NCBI GenBank assembly: GCA_012295275.1
Contig: CM022679.1
Span: 14,074,001-14,138,000 of the forward strand
Direction: 5' to 3'
DNA length: 64,000 nt
From: Chrysomallon squamiferum
Taxonomy: Eukaryota; Animalia; Mollusca
The notes below the pieces were generated by a model that searched no databases, was not told the origin of the DNA, and saw nothing but the letters and a program-made list of their open reading frames with translations. Positions 42,627 through 54,994 of the stretch are shown piece after piece; the first letter of the stretch is position 1; each line of letters begins with the position of its first letter. Both the position numbers and the translations under genes were made by a program.

Positions 42627-43744
42627 TCTTCAGTACATACATGCATGCATGCATACATAGATACACTCTTCCATACATATACAAACATCAGTTAAATACC
42701 TATATGCTAATTAATATCATATCGTACAGGGTCCCGAGCAATTCAGTCTAATGATTCCCTGTATTTTCAGTTTCTCTGACCTGTCCTGGTAATCAGTTTA
42801 ACGTTTATTGTGTGAGATTTTTGAATTCTATCTAAGTATCTCACAGCCTGTCATGTAATACTGTCCATATTTCACATCATCACTGTGTTTTATTCATGTT
42901 CACAACAGCTGGCTTTATGTATATGTTACACTTAATTAATATGTGGCCTTGCAAATATACAGTGCCAGGTGTGCAGCATATATCAATGCAGAAATGATAA
43001 TAATTATTAAAAAAAAGCTAAAATAAACACATATAGAGTTACATGTTTGTTATTATTATGGCTACTGCTATTGTTATTATTATTTTTTTTTTATTATTAA
43101 TATTGCTGTTATTATTTATTTATTTATTATATTATTATTATTATTAATAATATTGCTGTTATTATTTATATTATTATTATTATTATTATTAGTTATTATC
43201 TATTAATATTATTAATAATTATTATTATGATTGTATTATATTACTATTCTTGTTGTTATATTTATATATATATATTTACTTATTTATTTTATTACAGTAA
43301 ATATTATTATAAAGTTTAAAATCTATAAAATCATTATACAATAATCATTATTAATTACTTTTTTAAAAATCCTCCTTCCTTTATCATATATATTTATTTT
43401 ATTTTGTCAAAAATATTAATACATTTATAATTTATAATTAATTTCTGTTTTAAAAATGATTAAATCATCCTCAGGATTGTTGTTATTATTATTATTATTA
43501 TTATTGTTGTTGTTGTTGTTGTATTGTTGCTGTTGCTATTATTATTATTTATTTAAATAACCTTAACACATCTCAGTTAATATTTCATTTATTATTAGCA
43601 CTCAGTCTTTGCTAATAATAAAATATAACAAAAAGTTAAAAACAAATGAGAATGCACGATGACAGGTGTTACCTTTTTAATCATAGAATCATATTTTATT
43701 ATCACTTACAATATTTTGTTGATCTCTGTATTCAGTTTGTTTAT

Positions 43745-44200
43745 GGATAAATTTAGTTTGTTGATGAATAAATAATTTTTGGTTGGTGAATAAATTCAAT
43801 CTACTGAATAAATTCAATCTACAGATTTGGATCAGTTGATTTATAAATTGAAATTATTGATGCACAGATTTGGTACTGTTGATTTATCAGTTCAATCTGT
43901 TCATGTAGAATTTCAGTCCTTTGATGTGTAAATTCAGTCTACTGATATATAATTTCAGTTCATTGATGTATAAATTCAAACTACTAATACATAGATTTAG
44001 TCTGTTGATGTACAAATTCAATCTATTGATACATGGATTTGATCTGTGGATGGACAGATTCAATCTGTTGATGAATAGTTTTGAACTTAATGTATGAATT
44101 CAATCCACTGATGTATAGAATAGATCTGTTGATGCATACATTCACCTTACTGACATGTAAATCAAGAGTGTTGATGAATCGTATCATTAAATTCATTAAC
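43745..44200. repeat. Degenerate minisatellite, ~21 bp unit (aaattcaatctgttgatgtat)
   Basis: About 20 degenerate copies. Confidence 0.8.
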
Positions 44201-44724
44201 ACATTTTCTTTAGATAAAAACATTTCAGAGCATACATGGCCTGTATATATTTCAATCATAAAATTAACATATTTGTATCATGTTTACAACAGTTGCATTA
44301 TTGATCTGTGCATATACATACTGTGATAACAGACTGTCAGTGTTCTTTGTTTCATAATTTTAATATTAATAATAAAAAATAACAACAACAGTAACAATAA
44401 AACTAACAATAATAATTAGCCTACAACAATTACAAAAATAACCATAATAACAGTAATGATAGAAATAATATTAAAAATAAGTCATAATAAATAGCAGTAG
44501 CAACAACAATAAAAGTAACAGCATTAACAACAACAACAGTAACATCGTCATCATCATAAACAACAGCATCAACACCAGGTACAACAAAATTAATAACAAT
44601 GACAATTCACATTTGGCAGTTAATTCTTATTTTACTGCATGGATTCATTTCTATGATACAATCAGACACATTATTATTATTATTATTATTAGCATTAATT
44701 AGCTTCTCTTGATGTATAAAAAGT

Positions 44725-44860
44725 AATGTTCATAATATCCCAATCCAACCAATGCATCATAATTGGGATATGAATTATGGATGGAATATTTTACACTCAG
44801 TGTGGAAGAAGGTTATAAAGGCATTCGTATTGCTAATTATCCTAACAGCCGATTTCTTTT
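44725..44860 (+). mobile_element. SINE body fragment (highly decayed)
   Basis: tccaaccaatgcatcataattggg...cagtgtggaagaaggttataaaggcattcgtattgctaat is collinear with the other copies. Confidence 0.35.
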
Positions 44861-45535
44861 TAAAAATTACTCTTGATTCTGTATGAATGGTTTAGCTATG
44901 TTTATTTAAACAATTAAATTAGAGATTTTTATTAAACAAATGCCACCATCTTTGTTATCACAATAATTGAAAAAATAAATAAAACATAAAAAGGTACAGC
45001 ATGATGGTATGAACATTAAGAATTAAGTGACATTTTAAAATGTGTCCACTTTGTGGCTGGCTATTTGGCTTTGTGAACCTGCAGTAAATGAAGCGGTCAT
45101 TCACAATGGTTGAGAAAGTGATTTAAGATGTCTGAAAAAAAAAAAAAAAAAAAAAAATAAAAAAAATGAAAAAAATATCACATAGCATTGCTCATACAAA
45201 TATGTCACCCAGTAGTGTTTGGAAAACCTCAGCAAACAATTTGTCCTTGGTGCTCTGTTCACCCTCTGTAGCTGCGTATTCGAAGGCTTCCACTTTGGGA
45301 AGCTAAATGTTAACATAAAGAGTTGTACTTTTTTTGCTAGGTGCATCAGATGTTATACCCTCTGTAGCTGGGTATTTGTATTTTTATTTTTTTTTATTTT
45401 TTGTACATAGAGAGCTGGCTGGTTTATTGATGGGGAGAGGAGATAGTTCATTCATATTGCTGAAGTATTTCTTCTGTCTGGAACTCTGAATGAATACATG
45501 TAGTTTGGAAAATATGATGCAGAAAAAACTTTTGT

Positions 45536-45655
45536 TATAGATCAGTGGTTAGAGCACTTGTCAGAAAACACAGGCATTTCATCAATAATTATTATTATTA
45601 TCTTTTTTTTCTGTGTGTGAAAAGATATAATTTCACATTCCAGCCATTACTCATT
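45536..45655 (+). mobile_element. tRNA-like SINE head fragment
   Basis: tagatcagtggttagagcac is a tRNA D-arm/A-box look-alike, followed by ttcacattccagccatt. Confidence 0.35.
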
Positions 45656-46413
45656 AATATGCTTAAATTTTACTCCATTTGCACAAATGCTTGCAGATAA
45701 AACAAATACACATACTTCTTTAGTTCGTGTATGAGTGTATTTTATATTCATTTCATTATTTACAGGCATTTATACTTAACTTGATAGATGTTCATATCTT
45801 AGTTTTCATAGTTTCATGCTGTTAATATTGTCATTTCTTTTCACATTTTAGCATCTCTCATGTAATTTCCATATGTTGGTGATTATTATTTTATTTAGTA
45901 AATGTACTAGTATTTATACATCACTTTTCTTTTAAAAGTTTTGTCTTTATGCCAAAAGACATCTTTTCAAATCATTATTATGGTTATTTCGTTGCATATT
46001 GATTTTATAACCGAAAGAATTAACAAAAAGCTTATTACTTGGATTAGTAAATTACAGAGGGCAGCTCTTCTGATCACTCTGACAAAGTTATCCTAACATG
46101 CCATAATTAAATACAGTTAATTTAAATAAGAAAAATGTTTTGCAGTAGATTTAAAGTGTTTGTTCTGTGATGATAAAAATGTTTCCAGGATGCTTCTTTT
46201 TATTAGATAACAACCACAGCTGCAAGACATTGTTTCAAATCTTACCTCAGAATAGACAATCATTTTCATTTGTTTTATTTTGTCATATTATTATTACACA
46301 GTGCTGTGGTTTGACTGAGTCTGGTGGGTCAGGGGAACTACCCTTCTCAGTACACCCATTGGCCCACCCCTCCCATCTCAACAAAAAAAAAAAAAAAAAA
46401 AAATAAATTAATT

Positions 46414-46638
46414 AAAAGTAGTGTATTGTCAGTTTTCCTTATAAATAGAAAAACACTGAGAAATAATTGAGAAAAAAATCACTATTTACAATGGAATTTA
46501 TATTGTATTCATTGTATTGTATAAATATTTTAGAAGAGAATTAATATTTAAAAATCAACACTTTTTGATTAACATAAACTCGGTTGATAATGTTATTTGT
46601 GCTGACTAACAGTAGTCTCTGTTTCATAAATCAATTAT
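46414..46638 (+). repeat. Dispersed direct repeat, copy 1 (~225 bp)
   Basis: Collinear with 49291-49538, with shared blocks aaaagtagtgtat, ttttccttataaata, atttatattgtattcat, ctttttgattaacataaact, gataatgttatttgtgctgactaa, taaatcaattat. Confidence 0.9.
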
Positions 46639-47504
46639 ACGTAGATAGTAAATAAGTAAATAAATATTTACTAAGACACGTGAAGCACAAATAAAGCAAT
46701 TATGGTTCCTGCATGTATCATAAATATCAACTATATACAGCATTTGAATTTTGACATTTTGGTTGTGAGATATAACATGTTTTCAGATACTGTATGAGTA
46801 ACAAATTAAAAAAAAAAAAGAAACTTTAAGACAAGTTTGTGTTACTCAGTTACAGTTTTTTATATGACAGTTTGTACATGGATTTTAGACATGCAAATAA
46901 ACAATTTAGTCATATGAGGTGTATGTGTTGTAATGTGTAAATTTATTCTTAAATATATGCACATAGATATATATGTTTACATACAAAAACATGCATAGAA
47001 CACATATTTTATTTTTTATCAATGCATTATGAACGAATCCTAAATGAAGCTATGAATTATGGGTAACAATATAAAATGCTGCTTTCATACGATAGCTTTT
47101 TAATGATAAATTTAGTGTTTAAAAAAAATGTATATATTATGTATGTGTGTGTGTGTGTGTGTGAGTGTGTATACATCAATTTTTATAGTTACTTTTTTCA
47201 GTTAAAAATTTTGCTATAGTAATTACAGAATTATTATGACGATGTGGTATACATCTTATTTTATGGGTAATAAAGTAAACTGCAACGTTTAAATTAACAG
47301 ACAGGTTTTATATTTATTAGTAAATACATTTTAAAATTTATAATTTTAAAGCATCTCAGCACTTTTTTATATTAACAATATAGGTGTTGAAATTTGAAAA
47401 AAAATAAGAAAAAAAATTAAAATAATAAATATAATAAAAAGAAAAAAAAACAAAGGAAAAAAGAAAAAAACATAATAATAAAACTAAATGAAAAATGAAA
47501 TATA

Positions 47505-47630
47505 CAGAGATGCTCTAAGAGAGGACATTTGCAGCAGTCACCATATGGGTTACTCTTTCTGATTAGCAGTAATGTATATGTTATACATTCTTCCCATAAA
47601 CAGTGAAAAAATAAACTGCAATGGTTAAAC
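47505..47630 (-). mobile_element. SINE body fragment
   Basis: agagaggacatttgcagcagtcaccatatgggttactctttctgattagcagtaatg...ttcccataaacag matches 15066-15150. Confidence 0.55.
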
Positions 47631-49290
47631 CACAGATATTATCATATTATAACTAAATATAATTTGAAAAATTTGACATTTTTTAAAGATATTTCAAAGC
47701 TTTTACTTTTGAAAGATATCAGTTTAATTGCTTTTTTTTTTTTTTTTTTAAAGATATTATTTTGAACATTATTTTGTTGGATTTTTAAAAATATATTACA
47801 TATAAAACTTGATTTTTTTTTGTTGTTTTTAAAAAAAAAGATATTATTTAAAAAGAAAATTAATATATTATTTGCAAGTTATAACTGTATTACTTGAATA
47901 TTAATAATTTTGTTAAAAGACTATATTGTTTGATAAAGACATTTAAAAAAAATGATTATATTAATCTTAAATATTTAGTAAATTTACAAGTTTAGGCCAA
48001 TATACATCAACAAAGAAGGAAAGAAAATCAAAATAAAAACAAAAACAAATATAGAATAAGAACAAAATAAACAAATAAAATAAATTTTAAAATCTGTCAG
48101 TTAACTGAAGTAACAGACCATTTGTTTGGGTTTTTAAAGTTTTTATTTTTATTTATTTGTATATATATTTACTTAATTTTAAAAAATCTAAAGAACTGCA
48201 AAATTCATACAATTCCCAATTAAAACAATAACCAGACGCAGTTTCACTCAGCAATAATAAATTTAGTAGTTAAGACATTTTGCCAGCAATAATATTAAAT
48301 TCTGGAACTTTTTGCTATTACCTTTATGTTTAAGTATATTATAAATTGTAAAAGAGTGAACTAAAGGGAAATTACTGACATAGATAATATCTGAACACAA
48401 CTATTTTTGTTCCCAGGCAGATAGCTAGCAATTAGAAAGGTAGATTATGTAAGACATTTTGTTAATTTTTTTGTGTGCTTTTTTTTTCTTTTTTTTTTTG
48501 ATGGTTGTTGTAAGAGATAAATATTACCTATTTGTTGGCACAATTTCCATTTTTATCTTAATTTCTTTTTATGCAGCTCTCTGTTTGCCAGAAGTTTTAA
48601 TATTTTTTTTTAAATCCTTTTTTCCTTCTTCTTTTTATTACTTTTATTTTATTTGTTGGGTTTACAAGAAATTTAAGTTCATTTGCACCTACATATTTAT
48701 GTACAATTTATTGGTGCAGACAAATGTGATGGAAGGGAAGTAATCAATATATTGAACGAATATTTGTTAGGATCAGTCTTACAGGATTTTTTCTACTGTG
48801 TAAGCCATCGTCAATCAATTATTATATGTGAAAACTAATCGGGTTTTTACCGAGATGTATATATTAATTTTTAATGTAAAAGCAGAGTAAACAAACATCA
48901 TCGTTTCTTTTATAACATATATATTTTTCATTTTAATTCAAGAAAGATAACACAACTAAAGATCTATCCCAGAAGAAGTAGATGAAGATGACGATGATAA
49001 TATATGCACGGATAAAATTATACTGCGAACCAGTAAAATAAGCTAATTGTAAAAAAGAACAGTTCATTTATTTATTTTTCCATTTAAACAAACGCTAATC
49101 TATGAAATTTATATTTTCATTTCTTTAAATTGTAATTTATTCACAGTAATTTTTTTCTTTAACAAATGACTGAAATGAAAATAACACGTCTCATAAATGC
49201 GAATAATAATAATAATGATAATAATAATACTAATACTATACTAATACTAATACTAATAATAGCAAAAGTAAAAGTAAAATAAAATAAAAT

Positions 49291-49538
49291 AAAAGTAGTG
49301 TATCTTCAATTTTCCTTATAAATATATAACAATAAAACGATGAAAAACAAATACTGATGAAAAAAAAAAATCGCCATTTACAATGTAATTTATATTGTAT
49401 TCATGAGAGTATGATGTATTAAAAATATTTTATATGAGAATTAATTTTTAAAATTCCACGCTTTTTGATTAACATAAACTTAATCGATAATGTTATTTGT
49501 GCTGACTAATAGCAGTGTCTATTTGTTAAATCAATTAT
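49291..49538 (+). repeat. Dispersed direct repeat, copy 2 (~248 bp), abutting the CpG-rich promoter
   Basis: Same shared blocks as copy 1 at 46414-46638. Confidence 0.9.
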
Positions 49539-49559
49539 TCAGTTCATCCCATGTTACAA

Positions 49560-50240
49560 GCTGATAGTCGTGCGTTTTATCATGTACACAAAACAACTGT
49601 AAACATGCTATGGCGGGTGGTACTTTTGCGCACCACACAAAGCCGAGATGATGGTATCCAGATTGCCGGGCCTATTTAATATTCATGAGTTCGTGGCCCT
49701 CGCTATTGTGTGAAATCTTTAATCGAGCTAACACTGTGTTCCGGTGTATCTTTCTTTTGATTGTTGTTGTGAATAGAACCAAAAGTTAAACGACTCATAA
49801 TAATTCTTCCCTTAAACAAGGAACGGCTTTTAGCAATTTTACCCGTTCAACTGACAACTTGGATACACCGATATGAAACGACAACGGTAAGCAAAAACCT
49901 TTTTATTTCAGTAAATCGCGACTTTCGCTGTGGATTCTTCAAATGTATGGTGTTTGTAAACGATCGTTGCCGGTGGATCACTTTCGCCGAGACAATAACT
50001 CGTGTTTGGTCGGACAAACACCTGATTTTTGTACGCAGTCAGATCTGTGCCTGGATTGTTGGAATTATTATTTTTCTATTCATTGTTTTTATTTTGTTTG
50101 GTATTCGTATATAACTCTGGCTTTTTTTCGTCCTTTGATTTTCCCTCCAAACTATTGACAGACGATCGTGTTTGGGTCATCACTTTTGTGGGCCCTGTCG
50201 TGCTAATTGCAAATTAAACCCCGCTCAATTAGCTGTCTAT
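49560..50240 (+). promoter_or_regulatory. CpG-island-like internal promoter
   Basis: About 33 CpGs counted by hand in 49561-50230, against only a few per kb in typical flanks. TATA-like CCTATTTAAT at 49671-49680, E2F-like TGGCGGG at ~49611, strong donor CG|GTAAGC at 49886/49887. Confidence 0.7.
49700..49886 (+). other. Candidate alternative first exon (start approximate) ending ATG AAA CGA CAA CG|gtaagc
   Basis: Lies inside the CpG-rich zone ~25-30 nt downstream of the TATA-like box, has an ATG at 49873 and a near-consensus donor, and lacks an obvious upstream acceptor. Confidence 0.55.
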
Positions 50241-52081
50241 GCTTAATACACACTGCTTAGTTATAAGAGGGGGAGGAGATGTGGGGTGATAAACACACCG
50301 GTTAATCACTGACATCAAACACTTAATTTATAAACTTTTACAGTTTTAATAATTAATAGTTGTATTGTACGTACCGACTGAACTGATTTATTCTTTTTTG
50401 TCATGAGTAAAAATGTACTTGACAAAAGTTTGTCGTAAGTTTCTATGTTTAACTACTGTCTTCTACATGGTTTAATATACTGATGTGTTGACTAAATATA
50501 AATTATTTTCATTTATTTTTATTATTTTTTAAAATTATTATTTTTGTTCATGTTTTAAATAAAATTTATTTATTTATTTATTTTTATTTATTTTTTTTGT
50601 TGTAATTGTTTTGTATTGAAGGATTGCTACATATTCTGATAAATGTTTATATGCAGGAATTTTTATTTAATTTTTTTTTTTTTTTTTTTTTTTTGCCTCA
50701 TTGTTTATATATAATATATATTCTTCAGTTTGTATAGTGATCAAACACTGAAAATATTATACTTAACAAACAAGGAATGAACCCAATTTAGGCCTCTTCG
50801 GTTCTTCACATTAAATTGTGAGACAGAAAGAGAGTATGTGAAACCTGCATACATACACCTCATATACATACACATTAATTATAGCCATTGTTTAAAAATC
50901 TGTATGTGGTTTTGTCATTTTCTGAGAAATAATCAAATTCAGTTTATGAACATTTTTAATCATTTTGTAACTGAACACAAGTATGTGTTGCAGACTTGGG
51001 TATATACCACACAGATTATTGCATCAGCATATTTTTTATACTGGTAAAACAGTTATTTCTTGAAATGATATTATCTTTAAATTATAAATTTTTTTGGATT
51101 TTTTTTTTTTTTTTTTTGTATTCTAGTCATTTACATAGAATATTTTATTTTATTTTATTTTTAAATTTCAGTCTTAAAAAAAATATTAATACATTTATTT
51201 TATATCTGATATATGATTAATTAGTTTTACTTAAGAACTGAATAAGATAATATGAATAACAAAAAAAAAAGAAGTTATTATTCATTCAGTATATATAAAT
51301 AATTTATCAAAGTGTATTTTTATTGGAGGTTTGTTAGCATATTCTAATTAAAGTTTCCATACTTTGTTTTATAAAACTGCATCTAGCAGCAAATGACACC
51401 TCAAAGATATGCTATGATATAACCCCAACATACAAATCAAATGAAACAAAGCCCCTGCAAAAACCTTCAACAAATATTTTGTTGAAATGTAAAGTTAGCT
51501 TGATGAATATATTATAGGATATGCCACTGTTTTATATGCATATTAAAAAAGAAGGAAAAAAAAAAAGCTTTAAAAAAATATGTATTTTATATTTGATGTC
51601 ATGGTGATTGAGGCGTTGTAACAAATAACTTAATGCAGAAAGGTATTTGGGTCATAGCAGTAGAATTAAATCACATTAATTAAAATGTGGGCTTGTACCA
51701 ATCTCAGACTATTAATTTAATATATATTATATTTGGTAAGTTGAGAAAATATGAATTTCAGAACACTGATAGGCATTTGGATCTGCATTATGCACAAATA
51801 AATTGAGTATATATCTATTGTCAGTTTACATTAAAAAAAACCTGGATATTCACCTCAGATTCATATATGACATTTGATACAGTGTACATTTTTAACTAAT
51901 TGTAATATATATCACAAAAAAACATGCAAACATATTGAAAGTTACCTAATTAGTTAAGTCATATCTTGGGTCTTTATTATTTTTATTATTCTCTCAAGAT
52001 AAAAAATAGCAAAAGAAGACTAACTATATTACTTTTTAATTAAACAATTTATCTGAAAAAAATATTTTGAGAAAAGAAAAC

Positions 52082-52115
<34 letters not shown>

Positions 52116-52587
52116 TAATGCAAGGTTATAGTGTGGAATACTATAGATGAAAAAAAAGGGTGTGTGTATATATATATATATATATATTTGAATAATAATA
52201 TATACACACATATATATATATATCTTTTGTTCAAGATATGTTGTATGAAACATAAACTGATTTTCTGATAATGGGAATATATTTTTGCTGAAAATCAGTA
52301 AGCAGTATACACACTTTTGTTAATGATTTAAACTATTAGTATCATTAGTGACACGAGAAGGTTATTTGTATGTATTAATATTCAGAAAAACAACAGAGTA
52401 ATTTGAATCTACAGGGTAGCTAAATTTAGAATTTTTAATCAGCTGAATCAAGATTTCCTGACATTGTGAAAATATAATTAATGATTATTTCTGGCTTTTT
52501 AAGACTGTCTAAAAAGTGGAAGGTAAAATAAATTATAATTTTTATTGTCATATGCACATATGGGTGTATGTATGTGTGCATATGCAT

Positions 52588-52628
<41 letters not shown>

Positions 52629-54950
52629 AAACTCATAAAGACAGCTACATAGATAAAGCTGGAAAGATTATATCCCTATTTTTATAAACACCATTCTCAC
52701 TGTTAATAGTAATTACTTAAAGTATTACAAACATTGGTTATGCTGCGTTAACATTTGGCTTGCTGGCTACCGGTTGTTGTTGTTGATGTTGTTATGTGTG
52801 GAAATACACGTCAATCACATTCTAAGTGATCAGCAACTCACAAGTATAGGAAATCCTGCAGTGAATGACAAGGGAAACAACTCTCCAGTGCCTTATAGCT
52901 GTGCTGTGTTTGATGACTGATGTAACCGGTGGTTTTATATTGATTATGAGCCGACGGTGAACACCACTTATACACACTACTACCTGAAAGTGCTGCAGAA
53001 CACTTGCATGTAACAGGTGTGATGAAATGTAATAATAACGACAAAGGAGCCACATTTGACATGGTTATCTGCAGGTCTCAGATGTATAGTTTACACTGAT
53101 TATTATTCACCATGGTTTTGAGGTTAATATATATAATGGCTGATGTATAGACTTTTAGTTAATGGTTATGTTCTGAAAATATATCAAAAACTCTATTTAA
53201 TGCTTAGGTATAATGATATACAAATATTTAGAGTAATGAAAATTACATACGATATAATATTATCAAAGCTTATTATACAAATCTTTTGTATCTAATAAAG
53301 GTAATATAATAGTGGTAAATGGAAACATATTTCACAAAATGGATGGGTAAAACTTATGTTTCAAACATTTCCTATTCAGTAAAGTAGAATTTTATGTCCA
53401 TTCTTTTAATCTTTACTTATATGAATCATTTTATCATGTAGATCAAATACAATACAGAAAATATGAATTTTAAGCTTTTTGAGACCAGTTTAATATATTT
53501 TCTAACATTTTTGGTATGTATATACTCTATGAAATCTATGTATACAAATATTTACATACAAAAATAGTCATTTCTATTTTTATTGAATATTTTCATGGAT
53601 ATGTAGCAATTAGTAGGAAAAACTGAATGTAAATACAACATTGTATTTAAATATTGTTTATATAGAGATGGACATTTCTAAGACTTTATTTTACAAGTTG
53701 CTGGTATTTTCACTTGTGAAGTTTGCATACCCCACAGATTTCACTGAATGTCTCCTGTTGTGACACATCTTTGATGTGGCCAGCTAAACAAATGGTCAGT
53801 GGAAATAATTTCAGGGGCATTACTTGGGTCAAGGAATTCAGCTGTGTCCAGAACAAATGGTCATTTATGGTAGTAGCCTGAGAGGCCTGCTTGGGGTTGA
53901 TGGTAATCAGACTGGTTTTAAGCAAAATAATGGATTATTTAGATTTTTCTTCTTTTCTTTCTTTATGTAATAAATATATATATATTTTCTAAAAATAGGA
54001 AAAATTAATTGCAGTACATTTTGACACTGTTCTTACATTTAATGCTTTTAAAATATTCTGTTCATGATTTGAATGACTGAAATTCTGGATCTAAAATATG
54101 AATTACAATTACACTACTTAAATAAGATATCATCTTATGTTTAACACAACTACAATTTAATTACTTTTCAAATTTTAACATTTTCATTTATTGATTTACC
54201 ACATCAGTTTATTGGATACAAAATGATTACAGATTTATTTAATTCTGATGATGGTTAAATTAATGTTCTAAACCCTTGGGAAGATGGAATTCAAATACTG
54301 AAAACACAATTTATTATTTAGAAAAATTTGTTGAATATAATTACAGATAATTACAAATTATATTATTTTGTACTTAGTTTATATAGTTAACTGGTACATA
54401 GTTATAAAATGCCTATGTTTAAAAATTCATTAGAATAGCAGTATGTTGACAAGTAGGCCTTTATATAAAAGAGAATAATTCAAAGAAATTTGTTTTCTTC
54501 TGTGACCAAGCAAATTTTAAGACACAACAGCCAGTTGCAGTACTTTTCTTATGTAACTTGAGATCAACAGTTAAGGAAGGAACTTAAGTGTATGCCAGTA
54601 GGTCAATTAATCTGCTATCTACAGCAATAGATAAGTTATACTTGTACATGTAGATAATGTGCATGTACACATTACTACACATTAAAAAAAACTTGAATTA
54701 TATGCTGACTTACAAGGTACGTTTGACTTGTGCAGATAATTATTATCAATTCTGGTGAAGAATTAGGGTTAATTTCATCACAGTACATTAATATTTTTAC
54801 ATATGATGTAATATGGTGGATATTTAAAGGTTTATTTTGATTGGTAAAAATACACAGACAATAAAAATGGCAGTTAATTGATTTAAAGAAAGTGCTGATG
54901 TCATAAATTATTTTTGTCTCTATTAATGAGTTAATGTAAAAGTGTTTTAT

Positions 54951-54994
54951 GTTTTACATATTTGTTTTACATATTTGTTTTACATATTTGTTTT
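54951..54994. repeat. 13 bp tandem repeat (gttttacatattt) x3
   Basis: Read directly. Confidence 0.85.

Noticed and set aside
45536-45600. tRNA gene
   Set aside because: Only the A-box/D-arm is present, with no T-arm or acceptor stem. Treated as a SINE head relic.
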